A program made the translations under genes and the position numbers. From Dimargaris cristalligena (Eukaryota): 34,735 bases of DNA. The notes beneath the pieces were generated by a model, which made no database searches, was not told where the DNA came from, and saw only the letters and a list, made by a program, of their open reading frames with translations. Where the stretch lies: positions 1 through 34,735 of the forward strand of contig ML002387.1 in assembly GCA_003614675.1 (NCBI GenBank), read 5' to 3'. Below, piece by piece: positions 21,152 to 32,149 of this stretch (the stretch's first letter is position 1; the number at the start of each line of letters is the position of its first letter).

Positions 21152-22981
21152 ATGTCACTTGCCCGTCTACCCGATCGGGGCACCAGCACTTGGACCGGTA
21201 TCCTCCTAATAGCAGGGGGTTTCCTGCTTTCCGTCGTTCTGGACTCGATCTATGTTCAAAAACGTCGGAGGGATTGCATTGCCAAGCGTATCACCAAGAA
21301 CGAAAAAGAAGCGTCGAATGCTTCCCCCAAGGCTTTGGCCAACGAGGTGGGTCTGTACCCGCGGTCGGTGCATCTCCCCGAAGTCGCCATGCTACAACCC
21401 CCTTCTTCAACCTCCGCCGAACCCAGGACCAATAAAGCCAGCGCTGACCCGAATGCAACTGACCCAGACCACCCGACTCCGACTCCGACCCCGTCCACTA
21501 TGTCTGCTACTGTAGCGCCTTTCCAAGTATCCCCCGTTCGGGTCACGTCCCCCCTCTACTGGATGGCCTCCATTCCCCTCACCCTTCGGTCCATGTACAT
21601 TCGCGGTCGCTTTGTGAATCCATTCCCCACTTGGCGGGATAAAACCCTTTGGGATTTCTGTCAGTGGCGGGCCACCCGAACGGGTGGGAATGGACTGCCC
21701 CAAACGGAAACTACCCTACAGGAAACCCTACCGGTGGTGGAACCGAGCTGGGAAAGTCTATACCCGTCCCCAGTGCCCTCCCCTCATACGCCGAGCCTGA
21801 CAACCCCTCCAGTGGTTAATTCGGGTGCGGCTGGTTCAATGGACGCATCATGGGTTATGCAGTTTTCGGTATTGGCGGATAAGCCCAACTCTGTCCCGAC
21901 GGGGTCCTCCCACGCCAATGTAACTGCCCCCGCTGCGTCTGGTTCCACCGACTCCGATAACCACGTCCTCACTTCCAATCAAGTCACCGTTACTTGGCTG
22001 GGCCAGTCCACCTGTTACGTTCAACTACCCGGTCTCAACATTTTAACCGATCCCATTTTCCAGGCCCGTACCGTCACCTCCTGGCTGGGCCCCAAGCGCC
22101 TACGTCCGATTCCCTGCCAGCTCGAACAACTCCGAGTCGATGTGGTCCTGGTCTCACACAACCACTACGACCACCTGGATCTAGAATGCGTTCGGAAACT
22201 GGGGAATACCGTGCTCTGGTTCGTACCCCTCGGCATGCGGGCCTGGTTCGTTCGTAACGGTATCCAGCGGGTCGTTGAAATGGACTGGTGGCAATTTACC
22301 CAGGTATCCACCATGACTCCGGCCCAGACCCCCTGGCTTACGGTGGATCCGGTAACTTGCACCTCCTCTGACGATTTAGTCCGTCACACTTTCCATATCG
22401 GCGCTATTCCGGCCCAGCACTGGAGTGGTCGAACCCCACTCGACAGTAATTGCACTCTTTGGTGCGGGTGGGCCGTCCGGCGGGTCTCAACTGATTTGCC
22501 CTGCCCTTCGTCCGACATTACGATTCCCACCTTGTCTCCCCGTAACTCTTCTTTACCCTTAACCTCGTCGTCCTACCCTATCCATGACGTCGCGATTGCT
22601 CCTTTCTATTCCCCCGGTACCTCTGACCAAGGCTCCTTTTTCCACTGCGGAGACACGGGTTACTACGCCCCCCTCTTCCGTACCATTGGTCAAGCCATTG
22701 GCCCCGTTACTTTAGCCGCCCTCCCCATCGGCAGCTACCAACCCCGCTGGTACATGCACCACCAACATATTGATCCCGCCGACGCCGTCTTGATCCACGA
22801 AGACCTGAGGGCCCACCGCTCCATCGGGGTCCACTGGGCTACATTCATGTTGTCCGACGAAGATTACCTCGACCCGCCCCGGGATTTAGTTCGGGCCCTC
22901 CTGGAACGTGGACAACCCGCCGAGAGTTTCGTAACCACCCATATTGGCCAGACTCTCTGCATACCCACTCCTACTGTCTGA
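21152..22981 (+). CDS. N-acyl-phosphatidylethanolamine phospholipase D-like metallo-beta-lactamase (FMP30/NAPE-PLD family)
   Basis: GRFVNPF, TWLGQST, ILTDPIF, SHNHYDHLD (HxHxDH), PAQHWSGR, GDTGY, LPIGSYQPRW, QHIDP and GVHWATF. N-terminal hydrophobic helix WTGILLIAGGFLLSVVL. Confidence 0.94.
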   Translation: MSLARLPDRGTSTWTGILLIAGGFLLSVVLDSIYVQKRRRDCIAKRITKNEKEASNASPKALANEVGLYPRSVHLPEVAMLQPPSSTSAEPRTNKASADPNATDPDHPTPTPTPSTMSATVAPFQVSPVRVTSPLYWMASIPLTLRSMYIRGRFVNPFPTWRDKTLWDFCQWRATRTGGNGLPQTETTLQETLPVVEPSWESLYPSPVPSPHTPSLTTPPVVNSGAAGSMDASWVMQFSVLADKPNSVPTGSSHANVTAPAASGSTDSDNHVLTSNQVTVTWLGQSTCYVQLPGLNILTDPIFQARTVTSWLGPKRLRPIPCQLEQLRVDVVLVSHNHYDHLDLECVRKLGNTVLWFVPLGMRAWFVRNGIQRVVEMDWWQFTQVSTMTPAQTPWLTVDPVTCTSSDDLVRHTFHIGAIPAQHWSGRTPLDSNCTLWCGWAVRRVSTDLPCPSSDITIPTLSPRNSSLPLTSSSYPIHDVAIAPFYSPGTSDQGSFFHCGDTGYYAPLFRTIGQAIGPVTLAALPIGSYQPRWYMHHQHIDPADAVLIHEDLRAHRSIGVHWATFMLSDEDYLDPPRDLVRALLERGQPAESFVTTHIGQTLCIPTPTV

Positions 22982-23962
22982 ACTAAACAAACTGCCCCAC
23001 CCCTTCCCTCCCTGCCCATCCTTAAATTCAGGGGAGCGAGCAAATGGTAGAAGAAATGATAACGATGAATTTTTAAAGTGTGATTTTCTTAAAGGCTCTG
23101 GACCGGGGCATCTATAATGCACTCTTCCGCTCTCTCCACTCATCAGCCACCCTTTCCGGGCCATCCTATTTTTCGGTTAGTTTAATTTATTTACTTCATA
23201 ATCTGTATATTGCAATTTCGAGCCTATTTATTGTCTGTACTTACTTTATTACTTGTGGACTTTCTTATGGACATACCGTGTCCATTATTTTAGTACATAT
23301 TTATAGATCCGCCGCCTTTCAATATTTAAATATTTGTGTTGCGTCATTATCCATACTATCTAAAGATCGGGAAGTGAGAGCATATAAATCTAAAGAATGA
23401 ACCTGCTTAAAATACACCATATTCCAGAGCAGCGGCTTGTCAATTGGAGGCATAGTGCTCCTAAACATACCAGCTGTCAGATTGCCTTATACCGCATTCT
23501 AATATATTTGGAGACCACCCTCTCCCCCGTCACACGTGTATTGTCAGGTGCACTTATTGCAGTGTCTCAAATGCCCGACCCTATCCAAACCTACCAGTAG
23601 ATAACCTGATACATCTATCGGCGTGAATAGCAGCCCTTGCTGCTCCTCATTATAACAAAAACCCCGATATCCTTACCCGTACAGATCCTTTAAATTGCAT
23701 CCGTAATTGCGTTCTTTACTCCACTGGCTGATTTAATGGTTGGCTTTATTATGCTAATCATTGTACTTCAGCACAGCAGTGAACAATTCTACTGGGAAGC
23801 AATGAGCTGTGTCATACCTCCCAAACCTGTTTTGCTTAATATGAAAAGATATTTATTATTCGTAATGCCCGAATCGGGCTACTGGGAATAGTAGGAATGG
23901 TTTAGTCTGTAAAATTCACAAAGCCGCAGTTTGCAACAGTCGATAAATATTGAATGAGGGGG

Positions 23963-25727
23963 CTAAGGGATGCTGTCGAAATCCTCAGGAATACCGAAAT
24001 TGGCGCTGAAATCCGAATTTGTTATTTGAAATTGGTTCTGGCAGTAAGACTGGAGGATAAATATATTATCTGTTGGATTGAATAATGGGCCAAGTAAAAA
24101 TAAATAGCGTAGGCGGTTGCGATTAGTATATGAAAAAAAGATCTTAGTACAGTTAATTACACTAATGTAGATCGATTCGGCCATTAGGAGTCACACGAGT
24201 CAATGCAGAATAGCTTACCTGTCCATCGATTAGCCGAATCCTTGGCAGCTTCAGCAGCCGCGTCTAATACCGTTAAGAAAACCATATGGAGACAAAATGA
24301 ATAATACACAATAGATAATATTAATTGATAGGATGGTCTAGTAAGCAAAAAGCTGAATGAATTAGACCTTCCATATAAAGAGCTAAACGCAGCGCCCATG
24401 CTTCTCTCCCACCAAGTATTTTGGGAAAACGGAAAGTAGTAATTACCCTTGGCCTTTAGTAAAACTGGATCACATTCACTAAACTTATGAAGTTCAGACT
24501 TATTTGTCGAGTGCAGTTTTTCAATATCCTCAAGCTCCCGCAATAACTCGGTCCGGTCGTTCTATGGTGCATAATAATATATCCGTATAACAGACAGTAG
24601 TGGTAAGAAAAGTATAGTTCAACTAATAAAGGCGGATTGAAAAGGCTCGGGATATATCCGGAAGTTTCAACTAATGGTTAGAAATAGAAATGGTGGCTTA
24701 CACTATCTTCCCGTCCTTGTTGAGCAGTTTCAATGCCAGATTTTAGATCCTCGTTGCGCTTTTGCAGCTGGCTGAACTCCTTTTCAAGATCGTCGATTTT
24801 ACGTTTGCGCTATTCCGAATAACCAATTTAAATGAACAATTAAAAAAGAACCATGCTTTGTAAGTGAGCAGTACGAATCAACAATAATCTATAGGTATAT
24901 GAGTGAAAATATATGAAGCAACAGCCACTATACATAAGTGATATTATCCCCTGACCCTCATAATCACTTACTGATTTGAGGGCTGTGCTAGGAAATGACC
25001 AAAAATAATTTGAGGTACCGATCTTTTCTCCCTGAACGATGTTATCGTCGACTAGGCTTTGGAGTACTTCCTTTACCGACTGGACGACTAAAAGAGTAGA
25101 TAGTCACACCAATACACCATAGTATGTAAAGATTATATAGATGTACAAATAAATAAAAATAACCGGAAACTGCCCTAGCAAACTCCAGCTAAGAGATCAT
25201 GTAATAGGGGTACCGGCAACCTGCGGCTATATAGAACGACTTACCGATTCCCTTGGTTTTCGGGGCAATTTTCTCAAGCTCCTTGAGCTGGAAGAAGTCC
25301 TTCTAAGGAGTGGGATTTAGTGGTAATCGCCGGTCCATAAATGTGGTACAAGCGGGTTAGTCAACCAACAACACGACTGTTGCTTTATTATTAAAAACAT
25401 TGGTATTCCACATGTGGTTTGGACTGATGCATTTAATAAATGTGGAATAGTTTCTATATAGCACCTACTGTTTCGTAGAAAATTTCTTCCAACCGTTGTC
25501 GCTTTTCGGCAAGTGATAGACCTCGCTTTGACTAAAAGAATGTGATGGGAGCATCGATAGCGGGTTGCAAAGGGGATGGGACATAAACAACACTGGGTAT
25601 TAGTGAACAGAAGAGGACGTGCAATTTGGACGGCTCGTGGCAAATATGGAAATCGGGTTGCTTTTATTTACATGGGTTCAGCCCGAGTAGCCCCTGCAGG
25701 GAAGGTGGAGGGGTGTAACCTTACCAT
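23963..25727 (-). CDS. MND1: Meiotic nuclear division protein 1, 204 aa; exons 25727-25725, 25531-25469, 25302-25245, 25087-24972, 24809-24702, 24561-24447, 24263-24219, 24069-23963
   Basis: Manual splicing gives [91 protein letters not shown]...REDS|NDRTELL...[33 protein letters not shown]...[11 protein letters not shown]. All seven introns are GT-AG and in phase (total 615 nt). The ATG-only exon 1 is the least certain. Confidence 0.95.
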
Positions 25728-26649
25728 GTCGAGGAGCGAGTATTGGCGTTGAGGGGGCTGGGGGGAAAACGTGTAAACTTGAGGAATGGGCGAGTGGGGG
25801 AAGGGGGTTCAAGTTCCCGGATTGGTGCGAACAAAAAAAGGAGGGATGGTGAATTCTGTGAACAAGTAACCAAGCTTTGAAGAACCGGGGACATGCAAGG
25901 GGCCAAATGGGAGACGCTAATAAGTCAGGGGCATAGAAAAGGCAAACAATGGATGCGGCGGGGTTCGTCAAGGAATGCGACGAGAACTGGCAAGCGGCAA
26001 CTTAGGGAGACCACGAAAAGAGAAATTGATATACGAAAGTCCTGGAACTACACTCCTGTAATATGGGTGGTAGAGAACGAGTTTGTCCAGCTGCCGCAGC
26101 TCACCCACGGGTATATGCGCATAGAAGGTGAACTGGAGGAGTAATGCCTGGCATACATTGAACGTATCCCCTTGTGGAGATAATCAACGGCATTCCAAAA
26201 TTTACGTTGTGGGCTGTACTGCCAATACGGAAGAGGGGTGCTCATTCATTTTATATATATAGATAAATAGATTCGATTATAAGCGACCCCGTTCTAGCAG
26301 TGTCTATAATAATGACAGCTCTTCGACACGCCCCCCCTACCATAGCAAGGGTAGGAGAATGCAGCACCCAGTTGCTCCAATTTCGAAATGACACCTTCCT
26401 CCAAAGCAAAAGTATACCAGTCATGGACTTATCGGGGAAACCAAATGCATAATTTATATGATGGCAATGAAAGAGCAATACGACGTGCTTAATTATGAAG
26501 GTGGTTCGGATGTTTAAGCAAGAAAAAATAAAGCAGCCCGCACAGCACGCGGGTAGAGCTTAACGCAAGTATAAAAATATAAATCGAGAGGATGCACTTA
26601 GACCATTGGAAATACTAAACGGAAATAACCACACACAACAGTCCTGCCG

Positions 26650-26652
<3 letters not shown>

Positions 26653-26681
<29 letters not shown>
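26653..26681. repeat. (AT)n microsatellite; similar tracts near 10472, 10658, 11911, 12381 and 29348
   Basis: Seen directly. Confidence 0.9.
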
Positions 26682-26683
<2 letters not shown>

Positions 26684-26736
26684 AAAGCACAAAAAAATAA
26701 TTATGGAGAGAGTGTGTGGTGGCACAAAGGTCCATA

Positions 26737-27765
26737 TTAGGAGGAGCAGGCGATGGTGCCCTGGATCTTGGACTTATTTTGGGTGTCCAGAATACCAAAT
26801 TGGGATTCATCGGGCTGACCAGCGGTGGCGGTCTTCCAGCCGGCATTCACCAATTCAAAGTAGAAATAACTAATTTGGGAAGCCTTGCAGGAGAGTGCAT
26901 TGGCAAACTGGGTGAACTGGGCCGGATCGCTAGTGGCGTGGCCAACCTCACCCACGATAATGGGCTTGTTACCCCGGTAGGCGGCTACCCGCTGAACAAA
27001 CCCGGTGTAATTGTCCATAAACCGCTGGGCATATTCGACGGCCTGGGGCAGGGAAGTGCCAAAGTCGGGCTGGATGTTAACTCCGATAAAGTCACAGGCA
27101 TTGGCCAATGAGGCGTCCCAGGTGGTGTCAACGTCGAAGGTACCCACGGGCACTTTGGCGGCCACGACGGCGGAGTCCCCCCGCAGCGACTGAATGCGGG
27201 CAATCAAGTCCTCCCGGGTACCCTTGCCGCTGTGCAGCATTTCGTTACCGACGGCTACTCCCGAAATGCGGCCGGGATACTTGGCCAGCAACTCCTTGAA
27301 CTTGGCCACTTCGGCGTCGTAACGGGCGGCGGTGTCCTTGAGCCAGAGACCTACTATTACCTTTACATTGGAGTTGAGTTTGGCCAGGGCGGCGAAAATC
27401 ACGTCAATTTGGTTGCCGTCAGTGGAGTAAAGGCGAACTTGCTTAACCATTTGGGAGGCCAGTTTCATGTGCTCGAGAGTCTGGGCTTCGGTAAAATACT
27501 GCCGCGAGCTGTCGAAGGGGGTGTAGGTGACACCGTGGAACTGAATGCCTTGGTAGGAGGAGATCGTCGTCGCTGGAGGGTTAGCAGCAGGGGTGTTGTC
27601 GGTGGTCACTGGAGGGCTCGCAACAGGGGCGTTAGAGGTGGTGGTCACCGCGGCCGGGAGAGGAGCAGGCACGGACCGTCCATGTAGGGCCGAGCAACCC
27701 TGGGCCAACTGGAAAGTGGCAAGCACGCACAGGGTGACAGGGGACAGATAACTGGACAGCTTCAT
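26737..27765 (-). CDS. Secreted glycoside hydrolase family 17 (beta-1,3-glucanase/glucanosyltransferase, BGL2/SCW-like)
   Basis: Signal peptide and Pro/Thr/Ala linker, then GVTYTPF, VRLYSTD, VIVGLW, acid/base VAVGNE, DFIGVNIQP, nucleophile IIVGEVG, YFYFE and ESQFGI. No GPI tail. Confidence 0.92.
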   Translation of the reverse strand: MKLSSYLSPVTLCVLATFQLAQGCSALHGRSVPAPLPAAVTTTSNAPVASPPVTTDNTPAANPPATTISSYQGIQFHGVTYTPFDSSRQYFTEAQTLEHMKLASQMVKQVRLYSTDGNQIDVIFAALAKLNSNVKVIVGLWLKDTAARYDAEVAKFKELLAKYPGRISGVAVGNEMLHSGKGTREDLIARIQSLRGDSAVVAAKVPVGTFDVDTTWDASLANACDFIGVNIQPDFGTSLPQAVEYAQRFMDNYTGFVQRVAAYRGNKPIIVGEVGHATSDPAQFTQFANALSCKASQISYFYFELVNAGWKTATAGQPDESQFGILDTQNKSKIQGTIACSS

Positions 27766-28819
27766 ATTGATAAGGCAGTCAAAAACCCCGAAACATCAAA
27801 TAGGGGCAATGTGGGTAAGGATAGCAAGTAGGGAAAGAAGAGGGGGAAGAGAAGGCGCGCGTTCGAAAACTCGGGGATAATGATCAACGGTGGTCAAGAC
27901 ACAGCGTAATAACACGTTAAACCAAGTAAACTGAGTAGAGGGTTATCTAGACCAGCCAGACGAACTCCAAAGTAATAACAATACGGAAAGAAGGGAGAGG
28001 GGAAACAACTACACCGGAGTCACCAACTATAAAACCACGGCCAAGTGAGCGGTACACAGGTAAACGGCTCGGCCCTAAATAAACAGGCGGGATGAATAAA
28101 AGCGGGAAATCAAAGGGAAGGCGGGTCAACGAACCCAGCGAACGCGCACACAATTGACGAAGTGAAAGAAGTGGAAATTGAAACTACACAATGGTCAGAA
28201 AAGCGGGGAACTGGTTGGGCTATATATGAGTTTGGCTGGGCCGCACAGTGGCGGGGTATGCAGCCAGACTGTGGGCGCATTCACCCCACAAGAAAGAAGC
28301 CAGGTTGGTGGCTCCTTGTTAGAGGGTGGTGGCCACCCACCTATCCCCCCCCCCTGCCTACCAGTGCAACAACTGAGGAAAGGGAGAGCGGGTGGCAATT
28401 AGGATAGCTAAAACAGTTGGCCTTCCCCTGCTTGCACCAACCAGAATTCACACTAGCCAGCCGAGCCAATCATTTAAGTTATGCGGTATACCTCAGGCCA
28501 ACCCGCTCAACACGGCAATCCCTCCAACACAAGGACATGTTCAAAATCGACCGCCAGGCTGGCTTGGTCACTCTATACAGTACTGTGTCGCCAGTAGTCC
28601 CCGACCATATACCTAATAAAAGCCAGACCCGAGCTTGTCCGCACGGGACCGCTATTGCCGTCTACCACTACTACTCGGCACGGCACCTGGGCTACGGATA
28701 AAGGGGCCGCGAGTGTAGCGACCGTAAATTAGGTTCGGGGCTTCGCGTCGACCACCTGCCATTGCAGCAGCCCTGGCCATCTGTTTCGCCTTTTACCCTC
28801 CATCGTAGCATCCTGCCGA

Positions 28820-28823
<4 letters not shown>

Positions 28824-28853
<30 letters not shown>
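28824..28853. repeat. (TC)n microsatellite
   Basis: tctctctc... about 15 units, seen directly. Confidence 0.92.
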
Positions 28854-28855
<2 letters not shown>

Positions 28856-30407
28856 CCTTTCCAGCATGGGGCGGAACGTACCACCAGCCTCGGCCTGGGG
28901 TCTTGGCCGGTTGTAAAGCACTTGCTCTCGTGTAATACAACCTAGCTGGAGCAGGGGGGGGATTAGGAAAAGTAAAAATGGGCAGGGGAATAGTAAAGGA
29001 GCGACGGGTGGTGAGGACTATCCCAAAATGTAAGAGAGGTGACCATCGTGATGCAGCCTGGTCCATCAATGACTGCAGCCCCTTCGTCATCCACTCAGTG
29101 GTGTTCCTAGGTGGTCGATCATTCGTCCCCCTAGCCATTTCACCAGTACCGCCTTGTATCATCTTCCATCCGCCAACTGTTGAGCCTGGCTTACCTATAA
29201 CCAGACACAACCAAGCCCTCATGGCTACACCTCACCAAACCACACTTTAACGATAACCCTGCTGCACCTCCTCCTGTACCTCCTTGTGCCGTTCGATGCA
29301 GCGTCGAACACAAGGCCAACGACGTGGTCCATAATTATTTTATTACATATATATATATATATATAAAGATCCCTTGTGATGAGCCTTGGATTTCTGACCA
29401 GCTTGTAGGATCCAAGCCCTTTGCTGCTTTGTTTACCCCTCGAAATATTCGCTCCCAATAGCGATTATAACGCCTCCTCCTTAGCCAGGGTCTCGCCGCA
29501 TATCATGGTTATCAGTTGCACCTTGATGATTTGACACAGTGGCCTAACTAGGGTTACTCCACCCCTTTGCCAAACTTAAATATCCGCTGGATTCAAGCTT
29601 GGCCCGTTATTGGCCACTTAATCCCGCTACGCAGCAAATGTTCCACCGAGAAAATGTATAGATTGCCATTCCATGTCACTCATTTTCTTTGATAGCTAGT
29701 GAAATCATCAGTAATCCCCAATGTGAATACATCGCTCCGGGCATTAAATTCTCGTACCATCAAAGTATGACCCCAGTCATAGCTAGCTATCAAAGAGATT
29801 GGCGATTACTTTGGGCCATGTAGATGTACGTTAAAACCATTTTGAACACAAGCATGCGGTAGGCTGACTGGAAGGAACACTAACCCAATATTTCCATACT
29901 GTGCCATTTATTCCTATTAGATGAGTGGTTGGAGTTTACGTAGTATGTGTTTAGATAATCGAGTAAGTGTATACTGCTGCATAGACCAGGATTGGAGAAA
30001 GTTGATTATTATTGATTTTATCGGGCCTTATCATTTCTACAATTACACATGTAATTGCAACGGGGGTGTTGCCTTTGAGCCCCCCAAAGAAACATTCTGC
30101 CACCACCTCTGATACCATAGGGATAATGTGAATCGCCGAAAAAAGGCCCAATTTGATAGTAAAGGGCATCAATGGTGATGGTCCCTTTGCTGGCCATCAT
30201 GTGGACACCTCTAGAATTATTCATCCTGGTTTTCCAGTCTAGAGAGTTTAAACCCATTGGTTTTGTTCTGAAATCAAGGAGCAGGATCCAGAACATAATC
30301 CCAGGAAACTTCAAATTGTTTATCTAGTACGTTTTTCTTAATGAATGTCTTAAAAACAAATCACATGTTTATATAGAACAAATAATTAACAAATGCGAAG
30401 GCTCACG

Positions 30408-31590
30408 TAGCCAACACTCTTGGAATATGCAAATACTAACTCTTGTTTTATACTTTTATTCATTTTCTTCTTTTATAAATAAATAGCAAAATGTACAATT
30501 TTTTGTATCATTCATCTCACCAGCACTTTCTCACCCCAATAGAAATGTCCACATTGCCCCAGCTCCCTGACTGTAGTCCCCTTTGAATAGACTGTTTAGG
30601 CCAACCTCCCCACCCAGGCCCAGTTTTCCTTAACCCAGCAGGACTACTACTAATCACCCTAGCCTCCCTGTTCCTGGCACAATAAGTGTAATATATAATA
30701 ATTTTTGTAATGAATTATGCTGGCTAATCCAACTTAATCTGTCTGAGGTTGCTCTGCACAAATTACCCATATTAGGCCATATTGAATTATACCACTTTCC
30801 CATGGCAACAGCCAATACCATAAGGATATCAAATTTATCCCCCTAGATGCTACAATTAGACTCTACTTCTTACCCTCAATAATTGATTTGAAGACTCCTC
30901 CATTTCTATTAGACTCACCCATATACCAACAGCTACTACTGACTAGTATCTTTAGCATTATTGTATATCCTACAGTGTTTTTATATAGCTATCCCTACTG
31001 TGGTATTTAAACATATAGCTACCCCATCCAGGTTTACAGCCTATTAGTTCTTCAGCTTATAATATTATCTGTTGATATAATAAGCCCCTGTATACTTATC
31101 CCATTAATAATAAGTGTATATTGGTATTATTGCACCCTTACTACAATCCCTTGGCACCAGTTGATAAGCAAGTGTCAATTGAAAAAAATCTTAATGTTGA
31201 AACTAATTAAAGCCTACTTATGTAGACCCATAATGGATTGCTAGTGGTTTTAGACTGAGTGATTCTAGGACTGATTGAAAAGGTCATATTTTTGGTTTCA
31301 TAAATGTCAAAATTTATAAGATATCCAATTACAGCAATTACAGCAAATTCAATGAATATTATTATGGTTAAGGTAGCCCCAGGTATAGTATTTTTGTGAA
31401 GCCCACTTATATGGGCTCTAATTTGTATTTGAGTAGTTTAATGCCTTGCTTGTAAAAATGCATTTTACAGTATGAAGTAGTCAGGTTACTTATATTACTA
31501 TTTGCTCCACAGAAAAAAATCCAATATTAGAAAACTGGCCTAGCCTGGTGGGTTCTACAGCTTTGGTAGTTCAGTCAGCTTAGAGAATAA
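30408..31590. other. CpG-free non-coding block, probable relic of methylated/deaminated repetitive DNA
   Basis: Read by eye, no CG dinucleotide occurs between the CGs at 30406-07 and 31591-92. The ORF track has no entry here. Confidence 0.6.
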
Positions 31591-32149
31591 CGAAAATATA
31601 TAGACCTGGCCATGCTCAGGGATGTAATAGTATTGGTAGGGTTGTTGGCTATTGAATAAAATCTACCTCAGTAGATGTTCCCTAGCTTAGTTCACAAAAC
31701 TAATGGTATTACATTAAAGCTAAGTAAGGGATGGCATGGCGATTTTATCTACAGTATGTCCTGCGATTTGTATTTCGCTCTAAACTATGGCCTCTAGTCG
31801 GTCTATGTATCAGTTATATCATTACAGGGAGGTTAAATATCTCCTTGCTGCCCTTTCTCATTATCAGTTTACATTATTAAGCTTCGTCATTCTTTGCAGG
31901 CTATAATTTTACTAAGGGAGTTTGTAATTAAAATTGTAAGAACATAATCAGAGGGATACTTTGATTGGTACGAAAAAGCAATCAAACAAGTGGTTGCAAA
32001 CAATTGGCAAAAAGTGCTGGTGGCACAGTCAGATAGTTAGACAGGTAGAACACCTATCATTGCCTATTGAATATTTAAATGTCAATCAACGTAGGTACAT
32101 ATATAATGTAATGGCCATGAATTAGCTGAGAAAAGTATATGACTTGGCG

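Noticed and set aside
28784-28800. TTCGCCTTTTAC matching U5 snRNA loop I
   Set aside because: The flanks do not pair to form the U5 stem, and no Sm site lies at the expected distance.
30107-30117. TGGTATCAGAG (minus strand) resembling an LTR primer-binding site
   Set aside because: It matches the plant-type iMet PBS, has no adjacent LTR-terminal CA, and no gag/pol remnants were recognised.
28162-30314. Short ORFs upstream of GH17
   Set aside because: Many use non-ATG starts or span microsatellites, and none shows a recognisable domain.
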